Shown here piece after piece: positions 26,619 through 36,246 of a stretch of 51,414 bases of DNA. The stretch comes from a virus (Duplodnaviria > Caudoviricetes): positions 1 through 51,414 of the IMG/VR virus record IMGVR_UViG_3300008448_000127; one strand, written 5' to 3'. A program made the position numbers and the translations under genes. Within the stretch, counting starts at the first letter, position 1. Each line of letters starts with the position of its first letter. The notes under the pieces were generated by a model. That model searched no databases. It worked only from the letters and a program-made list of their open reading frames with translations, and was not told where the DNA came from.

Positions 26619-27196
26619 AGTGTCTCATATACCAAAAAGCTGAGGCATATCGTCGGGTGCTGGATTGGCGGTTGTGGTGGTACTGCCGGGAACACAACAC
26701 TTGACATGCCGGGAAGAAAGCAAACAGTACCGGCTAGAAGGATAGGATTGCAACTGACTCGTGTCAAGAGACTGTCAGACGGAATGAAATCAGGGCTTGG
26801 AGTTCCGACACTGGCACAGCGTCTGAATTCAATACCCCATCCATTTCCTGGTGTACATTGGATGGCAACTTGAAAACAAAAGTACCAAGTTGCTGTCATT
26901 GTCGAATTTGTGGGGTCAAGCCAAACGCATGTTGCATTGATTGTACCAAGACCCCAACGACCATTAGCTACGAGAGTAACCGTAGTGCTACCTTCGAAGC
27001 AACCGTACGTGGTGTCATCGGTCGTCATTTCAATTGTTAAAGTATTTGGTAGTGGATTCTCTGACGGGTCTCCTGTACAAGTTGGTTCTTCGGCAGAGTG
27101 AACCGACCCCGGATAACAACGACTAGGGCAGCATGTCGCTTCTTCTCCACAACCGCAACCGCACAGCAATATCGCTTCAAGTTGGTTTGATGGCAT
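26615..27196 (-). CDS. Cys-rich putative tail-tip/virion protein
   Basis: Starts MPSNQLEAILLCGCGCG; third gene downstream of the tape measure gene. Confidence 0.65.
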   Translation of the reverse strand: MPSNQLEAILLCGCGCGEEATCCPSRCYPGSVHSAEEPTCTGDPSENPLPNTLTIEMTTDDTTYGCFEGSTTVTLVANGRWGLGTINATCVWLDPTNSTMTATWYFCFQVAIQCTPGNGWGIEFRRCASVGTPSPDFIPSDSLLTRVSCNPILLAGTVCFLPGMSSVVFPAVPPQPPIQHPTICLSFLVYETL

Positions 27197-28170
27197 CAGG
27201 GGGTTCCTGTACCTACAGGGCAAGATGTTTGGACACCAGGACAGTACACACCTTCTGTAATATACGTGTCGCAGCGAACCAGTTTTACTGACTGTGCACC
27301 ATTCAATGTGCAGCACTCGTAAAATCTGTCTGGGATTCCAATGAGATCGTAGCCACCTGATACAATCATCCATACGGATACTTGAGGTATCGCAGTGCCC
27401 GTACCAGTTCCGGGTACAGGAGCAGGATCGTCTGCAGTATCGCCTAAATCGGATACGATGATGTGTGCACCGATCGGCAGTAATAGTTTTCTGGGATCAT
27501 AGACGTAAATTAAGCTACCGTCACCATCAACAACAGTTCGTGTTGGTTGGACAAGCGTACCACATACGGCATCGCCGTCGTTAGCAGCCGTACCGACAGG
27601 TAGCTCATTCTCTCCGTACAGCAAACTGCACAGGTCGCATTCGTTCGTCAGGGCACTGCCCGTACCAACACCAGATATAGTGCCTGTACCAGTTTCTGAG
27701 AAGGAAGGGATTGTGAACCGTGGGTTGGCAGACAGATTTGCGGTATAGTAACCATTACCCAGGCACTGAGTAATGCGGGCGTGACGGTTGTTGCCTGACG
27801 CAGCGGTTATAGGTGACCATTCTGACTCGTTTCGTATAACAAGTATTACGTCGTTAATTGCTGCAGAAAAGGTTGGGAATCGGTTTGTTACATCGATCAA
27901 ACCTTCATCTGTTGTGGAGTCCTCCATATCAAGGCTGTCGGTTAAGACAGGCTGAAGGTATCGGAGGATTCTACCTTGTGCAGTAGTGTAACCTGTACGT
28001 GGATCAGTCGCAGCAGCGAGACTCTCTGTAAGAACCACATAGTACAAGTCGTTATGGATTGTTTTGTCACGGGTGTTGTCCGCTAGAGGTTGTCGGTACC
28101 TATTACCTAAGACACGGCGACCGATCTCGATCGTGTCTTCCAGCGTAAAGATTCCAAGTTCTCTGGTCAT
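27196..28170 (-). CDS. Putative minor tail protein with GTGTG motifs
   Basis: Position after the tape measure gene; Thr/Gly-rich with a Cys-rich C-terminus. Confidence 0.7.
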   Translation of the reverse strand: MTRELGIFTLEDTIEIGRRVLGNRYRQPLADNTRDKTIHNDLYYVVLTESLAAATDPRTGYTTAQGRILRYLQPVLTDSLDMEDSTTDEGLIDVTNRFPTFSAAINDVILVIRNESEWSPITAASGNNRHARITQCLGNGYYTANLSANPRFTIPSFSETGTGTISGVGTGSALTNECDLCSLLYGENELPVGTAANDGDAVCGTLVQPTRTVVDGDGSLIYVYDPRKLLLPIGAHIIVSDLGDTADDPAPVPGTGTGTAIPQVSVWMIVSGGYDLIGIPDRFYECCTLNGAQSVKLVRCDTYITEGVYCPGVQTSCPVGTGTP

Positions 28171-29258
28171 GGTATTGCCAAACTGTGAGTTTCAATAAAC
28201 CCTGTAAGGTCAGCTTCTTCTGGGAATAACGGATCAATAATGAAGAAATCTGTTTCTGGATCGGCAGCGTTCATCAAATTGAAAGGGTATGCTGTTCCAT
28301 CTGGTTGCAGCGGCCAAGGTGCTTTAGCTAAGTCACCACGGTTATTGATGGGGATTGGTCCGTAGGCTACAGCACCACCTGCCCCCGCAACGAGTTGCTG
28401 CGTGTGCATCGACACTCTTCGATTGGCTTCTCTAAAGTAACCTTCTGGTGATTCTACAGCGGTTCTATCATCAACAACAAACACAGCAGTTATGGTGATG
28501 TAATGCCATGTTCCGTTTGATCCTGCTTGCCCTGCAGGGATAGCAACTCCTGTAGTACGATAATTCTCAACGCAGCTTATTGATTCACAGAACACATGCT
28601 TGATTGGGGCATCGTAAAAGTCGTCTACAGCTGCTTCATTTATTTTTCCAATATAGGGGTCGATATCGGTCTTATAGTTGAATCCTGTCGCTTGGACATT
28701 CCAAGTAAACTGGTGTACCTGCAACTGTAGAGGAAGGTCAATGCCTTCAGTTAGTGGTAGGAAGTTAGCGTGTACAAGTGGGGCACCTGTTGAGTCCTTG
28801 TACCGTGTTGTTGAGACTTGTCTTGTAGACGAGTGCCAAATAACAGGTTCTTCCCACGGGCGTATTACAACTTGCTTAGGAGTTGCTGTTCCTGTCGAGT
28901 CGATGACTCTTGTAGGTACCCTTCCAATGGCTCCTGGAGGAGAAGTATTAAGGAAGTTTGCTGTCTCGTACTCAAGCTCAACAAGCCAGTAGGGCCTTCC
29001 TTCTGTATGTTCTTTAACAGAGGGTGCTGACTTCAGAATTAAATCGGATCTTTCTGGGTGGTAACTTAATCCGATTGTAAAGGTAGGCTCTGGAGTCGTA
29101 CCGAAATCGTACGCAGGTAAAGCTGCCTGAACGTCTACGATGTCCTCCAGTGGTGAGTCCATCTCGATTAGGCAGGTTTCACGAATACGAACAACGCCCC
29201 AAGTCGCAGATAGCACTTGCGGTTGCAGTAAAAACCCATGAATAGTTTTAAGGCCCAC
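28167..29258 (-). CDS. Putative distal tail/hub protein
   Basis: Immediately downstream of the tape measure gene; 363 aa; GTG start with GGAGG RBS. Confidence 0.7.
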   Translation of the reverse strand: MGLKTIHGFLLQPQVLSATWGVVRIRETCLIEMDSPLEDIVDVQAALPAYDFGTTPEPTFTIGLSYHPERSDLILKSAPSVKEHTEGRPYWLVELEYETANFLNTSPPGAIGRVPTRVIDSTGTATPKQVVIRPWEEPVIWHSSTRQVSTTRYKDSTGAPLVHANFLPLTEGIDLPLQLQVHQFTWNVQATGFNYKTDIDPYIGKINEAAVDDFYDAPIKHVFCESISCVENYRTTGVAIPAGQAGSNGTWHYITITAVFVVDDRTAVESPEGYFREANRRVSMHTQQLVAGAGGAVAYGPIPINNRGDLAKAPWPLQPDGTAYPFNLMNAADPETDFFIIDPLFPEEADLTGFIETHSLAIP

Positions 29259-29259
29259 A

Positions 29260-31755
29260 CTAACCTCCTGGGACTACGTTGACTCGTGGTGCCTGAGCAC
29301 CCTGCTCCACGAGTTGCCGTTGGATTTCTATGAGAGTATCGAGTCGTTCAACTTGGGCATCACGCGGACCAAATTGTGCTTTGAACATCTGCTCAAATGC
29401 TTTAGCTTGAGCTTCGTACGTGTTTTGCTCCAGACCTTGTGCGTACCCTGGTTTCCTAAGTTGATCGATCTCTTTTTGCACTTGCTCCAACTGCTGGTTC
29501 ATAAACTCTTGAGTAAACGCTTCTTCGCTTATCGGCAGTTGAGGCCCAACAAATGCAGTATCGATTCCAGAGAACGCAGCTTGCTCGTCTCTGATACGCT
29601 TCATTTCCCGTTCCGCTTCAGACATACGCATACTCTCAAGTTCTTCACGCATACGCTGTTGGCGTTCGCGGGTTGCCATACCTTCAATCTCCACTGCTCT
29701 TTGGTTAGCAAGGAGTAATTGGTTGGCAATCTCCAGTTGCTTCTTACGCTCCTCAGTCATATGCTCTTGTTGACTGATTAGCTCTTCAGCAATCTTCTTT
29801 TGCAACTCCATGTTTTCTTGCAGGTCAGTAACATTAGGATGGTATATCTCCTGTAGAGCATTGAGGAGATCAGGATCTGTCAGTTTGCCCTTAAGATTTT
29901 CAAGAGCACTGACATCCATTACCTGGTTGTAATCGCCAAAAAAGTCAGAGATACCTTTGTCTGGTCCAGTCATAATGTCGTGCATGTTGCGAAGTCTTGC
30001 CAACATTACTTGCTCGTTACCGGCAATGGCGGCTTCTCTTGCAGCAGCATACTGAGCCTTAAGTTCTATCGCAGCTTCTTTTTGACCTTGTGTGCCATCT
30101 ATGATCATATTATTGATGCGACGCTGAAAGTCAAATACAGCTTCCTGACCTCCCATAAGGCCTTCAAAGTATGCAGCATTGGCACCTTCACGTTTCATTT
30201 CCTCTTGAGCCATGATCTCATCGAGGCGTGCTTGTTCCTTTTTTAACTCTGTTATTTTTTGTTCAACCTCTTCGCGAGACTGCATATCCTGAATAGCGGT
30301 TGCTTCGTCTTCGAATTGATGACGTAGTTTAGTCATCTCTCCAAGACGTTCTGTTTCTTTACGAAACTCTTCTAATGCTTTGGTTGCTTTATCTGCAGCA
30401 TCTTCAGTGTCCATCAGGTAACGAGTAAGCAAGCCGATGCCAATAAGAACTGCAGGTACACCAAATCCAGCAAGGGCACCCATTGCAGCGTTAGCACCAA
30501 ATACAGATCGAGCAACCATAGATAGGTTGTTCGATGCTGACATGAGTGCCATGTTCATGCCGCCGCCCATGCTAAGAACTTGGATGAAGTCTTCAGCAGC
30601 ATAGGATGCTTGAGTAATAGCAGCACCAGCACCACCAAAACCGCCAGCAGATGCCTGAGCAATTCTGGTAGAGTAAGCTACGGCATCAGCATGTTCCTGC
30701 TGGGTGATGATGTTTCTGGAGAGCATTGCGTCATACTCAACCAGTCGAGCAGTGTGTAATTGCTCTGCTGTCATTAGTTGACGACGAAGACCGATAGCCT
30801 CACGTTCAAGACGGTTCGCTTCTTCCACATCATCTACGTACGCTCGTACTGTTCTCAGAGTATTTTCTGAGACAGGAATACGTCCGCCAACTGTTGAAGC
30901 CTGCATGTCTCCAGCATTCGCACCGGCACGGAATCGGGCAGCATCTTCTTCAATACGCTTTTGTGCTTTGAAGGCAGCAGCTACACGTCGATTCTGCTGC
31001 TCAGTGTAATGCTCAGCTTCTTCTTCCGTTAAGCGTTGCTGCTCAACTGCAGCACGAGCACGGGCCTGAATATCTTCCCGCAATGCCTTAATACGATCGG
31101 CTTCCTGTTGCTCCTGGTACTTGCGTTCCTGTTCGGTAACGCGAAGTGTGTGAGCAGCAGACTCTGATGCCAGGCGATCCTTCTCAGCGTAGAAAGCTTC
31201 CAGTGTTTGGCGTTGCTGGTTAACAATACGGTTCCAAGCAGCGTCCATGAAGCCTTGCGTTTCCGCATCAGCTTTATTGACAGCAGCTTCTTCAGCAGCG
31301 TCCTGTGCAGCGTAGCGAGCAACAACGGCTTCCTGCAGCATTCTGGAGAATGCAATCTGCTTTTGCGTCTCTTCCTCGATCGCAGTTGTTAGCCTGCGTT
31401 CGTTAGATACTGCTTCGTTGTACGTATTGATGTTAGCCTGCTGAACAGCAACAGCAGTCTCACGAGCAATTCGTTCACGGGTAGCAGCTTCTTCCTGAAG
31501 GACATTCTCCTTCTGCTGTTCCAGTTTGTACCAAGCCTGGAACTCACGTTCATTTTCGGTAGCATACCATTTGTTGAACTTCTCTTCAGCTTCCATTTTT
31601 TGCTGAAGGTTGATTTCACGCTCTACTGCTTCGGCTTTAGCGATCTCACGCTGTGACTGAAGAATGACGGCATTGGCTGCAGCCATACCTGTAGCAACGC
31701 CGGTAGCGTCAACGCCAAGTTTGATCGCGAAATCATTGATGCTTTCGCTTGCCAT
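29260..31755 (-). CDS. Tail tape measure protein
   Basis: 831 aa, Ala/Glu/Gln helical composition with a hydrophobic Gly/Ala segment; follows the frameshifted chaperone pair. Confidence 0.88.
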   Translation of the reverse strand: MASESINDFAIKLGVDATGVATGMAAANAVILQSQREIAKAEAVEREINLQQKMEAEEKFNKWYATENEREFQAWYKLEQQKENVLQEEAATRERIARETAVAVQQANINTYNEAVSNERRLTTAIEEETQKQIAFSRMLQEAVVARYAAQDAAEEAAVNKADAETQGFMDAAWNRIVNQQRQTLEAFYAEKDRLASESAAHTLRVTEQERKYQEQQEADRIKALREDIQARARAAVEQQRLTEEEAEHYTEQQNRRVAAAFKAQKRIEEDAARFRAGANAGDMQASTVGGRIPVSENTLRTVRAYVDDVEEANRLEREAIGLRRQLMTAEQLHTARLVEYDAMLSRNIITQQEHADAVAYSTRIAQASAGGFGGAGAAITQASYAAEDFIQVLSMGGGMNMALMSASNNLSMVARSVFGANAAMGALAGFGVPAVLIGIGLLTRYLMDTEDAADKATKALEEFRKETERLGEMTKLRHQFEDEATAIQDMQSREEVEQKITELKKEQARLDEIMAQEEMKREGANAAYFEGLMGGQEAVFDFQRRINNMIIDGTQGQKEAAIELKAQYAAAREAAIAGNEQVMLARLRNMHDIMTGPDKGISDFFGDYNQVMDVSALENLKGKLTDPDLLNALQEIYHPNVTDLQENMELQKKIAEELISQQEHMTEERKKQLEIANQLLLANQRAVEIEGMATRERQQRMREELESMRMSEAEREMKRIRDEQAAFSGIDTAFVGPQLPISEEAFTQEFMNQQLEQVQKEIDQLRKPGYAQGLEQNTYEAQAKAFEQMFKAQFGPRDAQVERLDTLIEIQRQLVEQGAQAPRVNVVPGG

Positions 31756-32101
31756 TCTTCAGTTCCTTCGCGGCGTTCAGTATAGCAAAAAACCCGCTTC
31801 TGATAGCAGAGACGGGTTTCTGGACGAGATGAGATAGACGGAAGGTGTAGTCACGCTGAGTAGTCCACTGCTTTAACATCCACGGTTTGACTGTGGACTT
31901 CGGAGCAGAGACCTTCATGTGATGGGCAAGAGCCATTGCTTGTAAGTCATCGTTCATTCCCCATCGGAACTCAGTCCAGAAGTGCCAGTGCTGATAGAAC
32001 TCATTCACTGGCAGTTCATCAATTTCAGCGAGTGACTTTCCCCAACGACTGCAGAGGAACAATTTGAACCACTGCGGGCCGTCAGGGGTTAGCCGTTTTT
32101 T
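31733..32101 (-). CDS. Tail assembly chaperone extension (gpT-like), expressed via -1 frameshift
   Basis: The -1 frame continues from the slippery site and lacks an independent RBS or ATG. Confidence 0.8.
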   Translation of the reverse strand, partial: KKRLTPDGPQWFKLFLCSRWGKSLAEIDELPVNEFYQHWHFWTEFRWGMNDDLQAMALAHHMKVSAPKSTVKPWMLKQWTTQRDYTFRLSHLVQKPVSAIRSGFFAILNAAKELKNGKRKHQ

Positions 32102-32511
32102 TCCGCTACATCGACCCACAACTGCTTGCGGATAATTCCCTGAAACTGTTCAAGCTGCGATGCTGTCAGGTTGTCAAGGAAGTAATCCAGTACACGAGTC
32201 AGATACGAACCGTCAAGGTCTTCGAGAGTCTGACGGATACTTACGTTTTCTTCGACAGTAATCGGCCAAACTGCTGGGTCGGTTTCATGGAGCGAGTTGA
32301 CCAACTGTGGAAGGAACGGTCTGCCGTTGTCGTGCAAGCAGATCAAGGTACGAAGACCGCTGAAGTACGAACCGCTGACACGACCTTCAGTGACCTGCGG
32401 TAGAGCCTGGAGAGCAATAGCAAATGCTGTTGCTGTACCTGCTGATGGCTCAACCAATTCAGCCGTTGAAGATTCTGGGACAGGAACTCGTTTAAGCGGG
32501 CGGAGCAGCAT
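32089..32511 (-). CDS. Tail assembly chaperone (gpG-like)
   Basis: Lies between tail tube and tape measure genes and ends at the slippery site. Confidence 0.8.
   Translation of the reverse strand: MLLRPLKRVPVPESSTAELVEPSAGTATAFAIALQALPQVTEGRVSGSYFSGLRTLICLHDNGRPFLPQLVNSLHETDPAVWPITVEENVSIRQTLEDLDGSYLTRVLDYFLDNLTASQLEQFQGIIRKQLWVDVAEKNG
32095..32102 (-). other. Programmed -1 ribosomal frameshift site A AAA AAC
   Basis: GAA AAA AAC GGC TAA at the 3' end of the chaperone gene; canonical lambda G/GT position. Confidence 0.85.
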
Positions 32512-32550
32512 GATTAGACCTTAATGAAAGAGGGTTGGGGGATAAAAGCT

Positions 32551-32578
32551 GACACCGTAAGCGAGTACCTACGGTGTC
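32551..32578 (-). terminator. Hairpin/terminator after the major tail gene
   Basis: Stem GACACCGTA/TACGGTGTC followed by AGCTTTT. Confidence 0.55.
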
Positions 32579-32613
32579 GGTATCGTTTCCACGCTTGGTG
32601 GATCGACTCAGAA

Positions 32614-33123
32614 TTATACTGGAGCAGTTACGTCAATACCACTCAATCGGAATACAATTTCTGCCATGCTTCGGGCAGCGTTACCTTCTGAGAGAACAGT
32701 ACCCTGTGGTGTGAACTTGTTGACGTAGCCTGTCAGCACAAGGATCGGGCCAGTTGTTTCACCAGATGCAGCAGGGAATTCAACGAGCAAGTTACCAGAG
32801 CGACCGTCGAAGAACGCGGCCATCTCTCGACCGCCCCAAGTGTCATCTGGATCCCAATCGACAGTGAAAGTGACAGTACCCAGATCAACAATGGCACCGG
32901 CACGGAATGAACGGATCAGGTTACCCCAAGCGTCCAGAGTCGTGTTGGAGCAAGTCGTCTCAACGTCACCACGAGTGAACCCGGACCAGTTAGGCCCATC
33001 GGTTACACAGGCGTAGACATCGCTTGCTGCGTCCACAGCGTCAGGTGCAGCACCTGTACCTGTTGGGACAGTGGTCTGTTCATACCACTTGATCTTAATT
33101 CTTGATGCGTCTCGATTTGACAT
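32614..33123 (-). CDS. Major tail (tube) protein
   Basis: Pattern GFTRGDVETT...GAIVDLGTVTFTVDWDP...GYVNKF...FRLSG; GGAGG RBS. Confidence 0.85.
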   Translation of the reverse strand: MSNRDASRIKIKWYEQTTVPTGTGAAPDAVDAASDVYACVTDGPNWSGFTRGDVETTCSNTTLDAWGNLIRSFRAGAIVDLGTVTFTVDWDPDDTWGGREMAAFFDGRSGNLLVEFPAASGETTGPILVLTGYVNKFTPQGTVLSEGNAARSMAEIVFRLSGIDVTAPV

Positions 33124-33132
33124 GTTTACCTC

Positions 33133-33600
33133 CTAACAAGTGGCCTTACCAGAAAACGACAGGACAAGCATTGTCAAATCAGGATTGGACTGTCCTGTTT
33201 TTAACGACGAAACTTCTTCCTGCGAATCCAGTCGAAGGAAGTTTATGAAGACAGAAGTTCCGGTCACAGTGTAGGAGGTGAGTTGTGTTCGTCGCCCAGC
33301 AACGATAGGTTGCAGAACTGCGAGCACACTTGTGACCAGTGCTTTCCTCTGAGTATTAGAATGGGCAACACAGGCTACGTCAAGAGAAAACTCCATAACT
33401 TCCAAGCCATTAGCTTCCGCCATACCTTCTGAGGAATGAAGAGGCGTGCATTCGCTAATGTCGAAGTAGACGTAACCGGCTGATGTTGTCTTGAGATCGA
33501 GAGCGGGTAGGAAGTCGATCTTGCTGACAGTAATGGAAGTTCCCAAAGCTGTTGTGAGTAGCTTTTGGATTCCGTCATCGATTGGGTATGGTGAACTCAT
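33133..33600 (-). CDS. Tail terminator/completion protein
   Basis: Synteny and size (155 aa). Confidence 0.65.
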   Translation of the reverse strand: MSSPYPIDDGIQKLLTTALGTSITVSKIDFLPALDLKTTSAGYVYFDISECTPLHSSEGMAEANGLEVMEFSLDVACVAHSNTQRKALVTSVLAVLQPIVAGRRTQLTSYTVTGTSVFINFLRLDSQEEVSSLKTGQSNPDLTMLVLSFSGKATC

Positions 33601-34247
33601 CCGAATACCCTTTTGAAGTGTTCCAGGATTTTAGCACGGAATATCTGTTGGGCTTCAGCCTGAGTCTCTGAGCGTACTTGCTCAATGATGTTATGACCTT
33701 TGAACGATCTTGTTCGCCTTCCTGCCCACGGTCCTTTACGGTCCGTAGCACTGAACCCATAGTTCAACAGGTGCCAGTACTTGTTAGGCCAACGAAGACG
33801 AAGTGTTCCTGTTTTCTTTCTGAGGGTAGACTTAACTTCTTTGCGAGGGTATCGCTTACTGAAGACTTCTGCACCGTTACGCAAACGACGTTTAATGCCG
33901 AACGATACTTGGCGTTGTGCTGGAGCGTAGTCTGGCGATGTTCCAGGAGCAATTGCTTCTTTCAGCTTACGGTTAACTCCGACGATGCCGTAGAACACGT
34001 ACTCGTAGGACTTGTGTTGCTTGTACTTGGAAGTAATCGCTCTTGCTGTCGCACCTGACGATTGACGACTGTTAGTTGCAAGGCCAAGTACTTTAGCCTT
34101 TAATGAATTCTTTGCGGGTAACATGGCACTACGAATTGCTTCGCGAATGACATGCTTCTTCATCCTGTCCAACAGCTTAGGGAACCCGTCACGTATTTCC
34201 GTGGGGATAACGAACTGCATTACAATTTGAGTTCGCTTCTTTGCCAT
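33597..34247 (-). CDS. HK97 gp10-like neck protein
   Basis: Basic protein with SGATARAI and KYWHLLNYG; synteny. Confidence 0.7.
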   Translation of the reverse strand: MAKKRTQIVMQFVIPTEIRDGFPKLLDRMKKHVIREAIRSAMLPAKNSLKAKVLGLATNSRQSSGATARAITSKYKQHKSYEYVFYGIVGVNRKLKEAIAPGTSPDYAPAQRQVSFGIKRRLRNGAEVFSKRYPRKEVKSTLRKKTGTLRLRWPNKYWHLLNYGFSATDRKGPWAGRRTRSFKGHNIIEQVRSETQAEAQQIFRAKILEHFKRVFG

Positions 34248-34642
34248 TAGATTAGAGAAGGGATCAATTGAATTGTGATGGGTTGTGCCACGTTGTCGAT
34301 GACCATGATCTCAATCTTCTTCCTGTCGCCCCAAGGGTCTGTTGCTGGTCCGATGACCGCGAACACTTTCTGGAGAGAAGGAACTACACAGAACATTCCG
34401 CCAGTGACTGTGGCGACCAGCGAGCACCATTGACCAACCAAATGGAATCGTTGCTCAGATTGAACTCGGTTATCAGACTGGATCTCGATCGGTGTGCGTG
34501 GTCGCTCCATGGAAAATGGACCACGATACACCAAGTCGAATGATTGTTCCAGTTCACCGCTCGCTGTTGCAGTTGTGGACGGTACCCAGAACTCGCAGGT
34601 ATAGCGAAGATTCGGGCGTGACTTACGGTTGTATTTGTTCAT
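34247..34642 (-). CDS. Head closure/head-tail adaptor
   Basis: Synteny; LR...F.....ASGE pattern. Confidence 0.7.
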   Translation of the reverse strand: MNKYNRKSRPNLRYTCEFWVPSTTATASGELEQSFDLVYRGPFSMERPRTPIEIQSDNRVQSEQRFHLVGQWCSLVATVTGGMFCVVPSLQKVFAVIGPATDPWGDRKKIEIMVIDNVAQPITIQLIPSLI

Positions 34643-34907
34643 GCTCTTGGCCTAACGGAGTCAAGGCTTCATCTAGACACTGTGAGTATGCTGCTTGGAA
34701 TGCTTCATTGTAAGTCTTTGAGCCGTAAGCAAAAGAACCAGTCCAGTTCTTTTCCCAATCGACGATATGCTTAAGGATATCTTTATTGGTGAACCAACCT
34801 TCAGGCCAAAGATTACGCAGGTATCGAATACCGAATTTCACCATTTCGTCTGCAGAGTCAGCAGACACAAAAACAGTAGAGGGTGATGTTCGTTCAAACT
34901 TGAGCAT
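34623..34907 (-). CDS. Hypothetical protein inserted in the neck module
   Basis: ATG at 34907 after GAGG; lies between connector and closure genes. Confidence 0.6.
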   Translation of the reverse strand: MLKFERTSPSTVFVSADSADEMVKFGIRYLRNLWPEGWFTNKDILKHIVDWEKNWTGSFAYGSKTYNEAFQAAYSQCLDEALTPLGQEHEQIQP

Positions 34908-34908
34908 G

Positions 34909-35571
34909 TTAGCCTCTACTAATCTTCGACCAGTCATCCACGATGTACTGAATGGCTCTGCGGTCGTTAAGCATGTTGTGGTCCCGCAAAGCACAATAGC
35001 CTTGTGGGAGTTCTGATACCGATCCATCACTAATGGCGTCTCGGTACTCAAACAGATGGTAGGCAAGAATCTTCAAAGCACGAACTGTGCTCTTGGGTAC
35101 TTCTGAGAAGGAAGAGTAGCCAGTCGTGTATGTGATTGTGATCGGGTACGGTTGAATGTCATTGATGTCTTCAAACAATGCTGTCCAGTCTTCACACCAC
35201 AACTTGCTGGGTTCATGAGAGTAAAGCGTGTAATCGGATGAGTCAACCGTGCCAGTGGTCAGGTCAGATTTGACGTAGGAGAATGAAGAAATGGATGCGA
35301 CACGACCAAAGGGCAGGAAGAAACATCCGTCACGTTCCAGGAATGCTTCATACGGCAGACTGAGGTTAATAGTCTTTCGCAGGATGAACCGCCACTGTTC
35401 CCTTTCACAAATCTGAATGCACTCATGCAGCAGTTCTGTGATGTCCACAGGGAGCATGTCGTCAGGAGTTTCTGGGTCGAAACCAATGTTACGCTTGACA
35501 GCATTCAGGAAGTCATCAGACACGATTGACGTGACTGCGGCTTCTGTCGATAGGTCAATGTACATCGGCAT
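34909..35571 (-). CDS. Head-tail connector (gp6/gp15-like)
   Basis: Motif ITITYTTGY...VP..VRALKILAYHLFEYR. Confidence 0.85.
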   Translation of the reverse strand: MPMYIDLSTEAAVTSIVSDDFLNAVKRNIGFDPETPDDMLPVDITELLHECIQICEREQWRFILRKTINLSLPYEAFLERDGCFFLPFGRVASISSFSYVKSDLTTGTVDSSDYTLYSHEPSKLWCEDWTALFEDINDIQPYPITITYTTGYSSFSEVPKSTVRALKILAYHLFEYRDAISDGSVSELPQGYCALRDHNMLNDRRAIQYIVDDWSKISRG

Positions 35572-35582
35572 GATTGACTCCC

Positions 35583-35713
35583 AAAAACAAACCGCAGTCC
35601 AGCCACCCCCGAAACTGAACTGCGGCTGTCACCACCGAAGTGGATATTAAAACCCGCTGAGAGGCACGTCATTCTGGAGACACTTTATCTGTCAGAAGAG
35701 AGGTGCAGCGGGT
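35583..35713 (-). terminator. Tandem hairpins and terminator after the capsid genes
   Basis: ACCCGCTG/CAGCGGGT plus TTT, a CCAC-TTCG-GTGG tetraloop, and GCCGCAGTTCAGT/GCTGGACTGCGGT plus TTGTTTTT. Confidence 0.7.
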
Positions 35714-35719
35714 AAGTTA

Positions 35720-36151
35720 CTACGTCAACGCTCCAGTACCAGTTGCGGTCAGGTCTCCATACTGATTAAACTTGGTTACCTGCACTGCAGCCTTAACGGT
35801 GTCTGTGTTGGTGCCCGTCAGGCGGAAGACCGTTGACAGAAACACTACGCCTGCTTGGTCCTGAGCGTACGATACTTCTTCGGAGTCAACTTCGACGGAC
35901 ATGTCGTCAGTGTGCTGGTTGAACACAACAGTCTTAATGGTCGTGAAGCTGGACGTACCAGCGAGCACAGTTGAACCGACGACAGTAACCGTAAGTGATC
36001 CGGTCAGGGCAGCATCGTTCAGAACCAGCATCGCTTTGTCGAACGGACCAGCGATAACGTAGGCGTTACCGATTGAGCCGTTCATGGTGAGTGTCCCGAG
36101 AGCCTTGATCAGACTCTTGCTGGACAAATGAGTAAACTTCTGAGTAGCCAT
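35720..36151 (-). CDS. Putative head decoration/cement protein
   Basis: Directly after the capsid gene; beta-rich 143 aa; GAGG RBS. Confidence 0.65.
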   Translation of the reverse strand: MATQKFTHLSSKSLIKALGTLTMNGSIGNAYVIAGPFDKAMLVLNDAALTGSLTVTVVGSTVLAGTSSFTTIKTVVFNQHTDDMSVEVDSEEVSYAQDQAGVVFLSTVFRLTGTNTDTVKAAVQVTKFNQYGDLTATGTGALT

Positions 36152-36246
36152 TATAGAATCCTCACAAGGAATTTCTGGGAAGGAAGACAAAGCTGATGGG
36201 CGGGGTTCAGGCGGCACTTACTACCCGCCCATCAAACCTGCATGAA

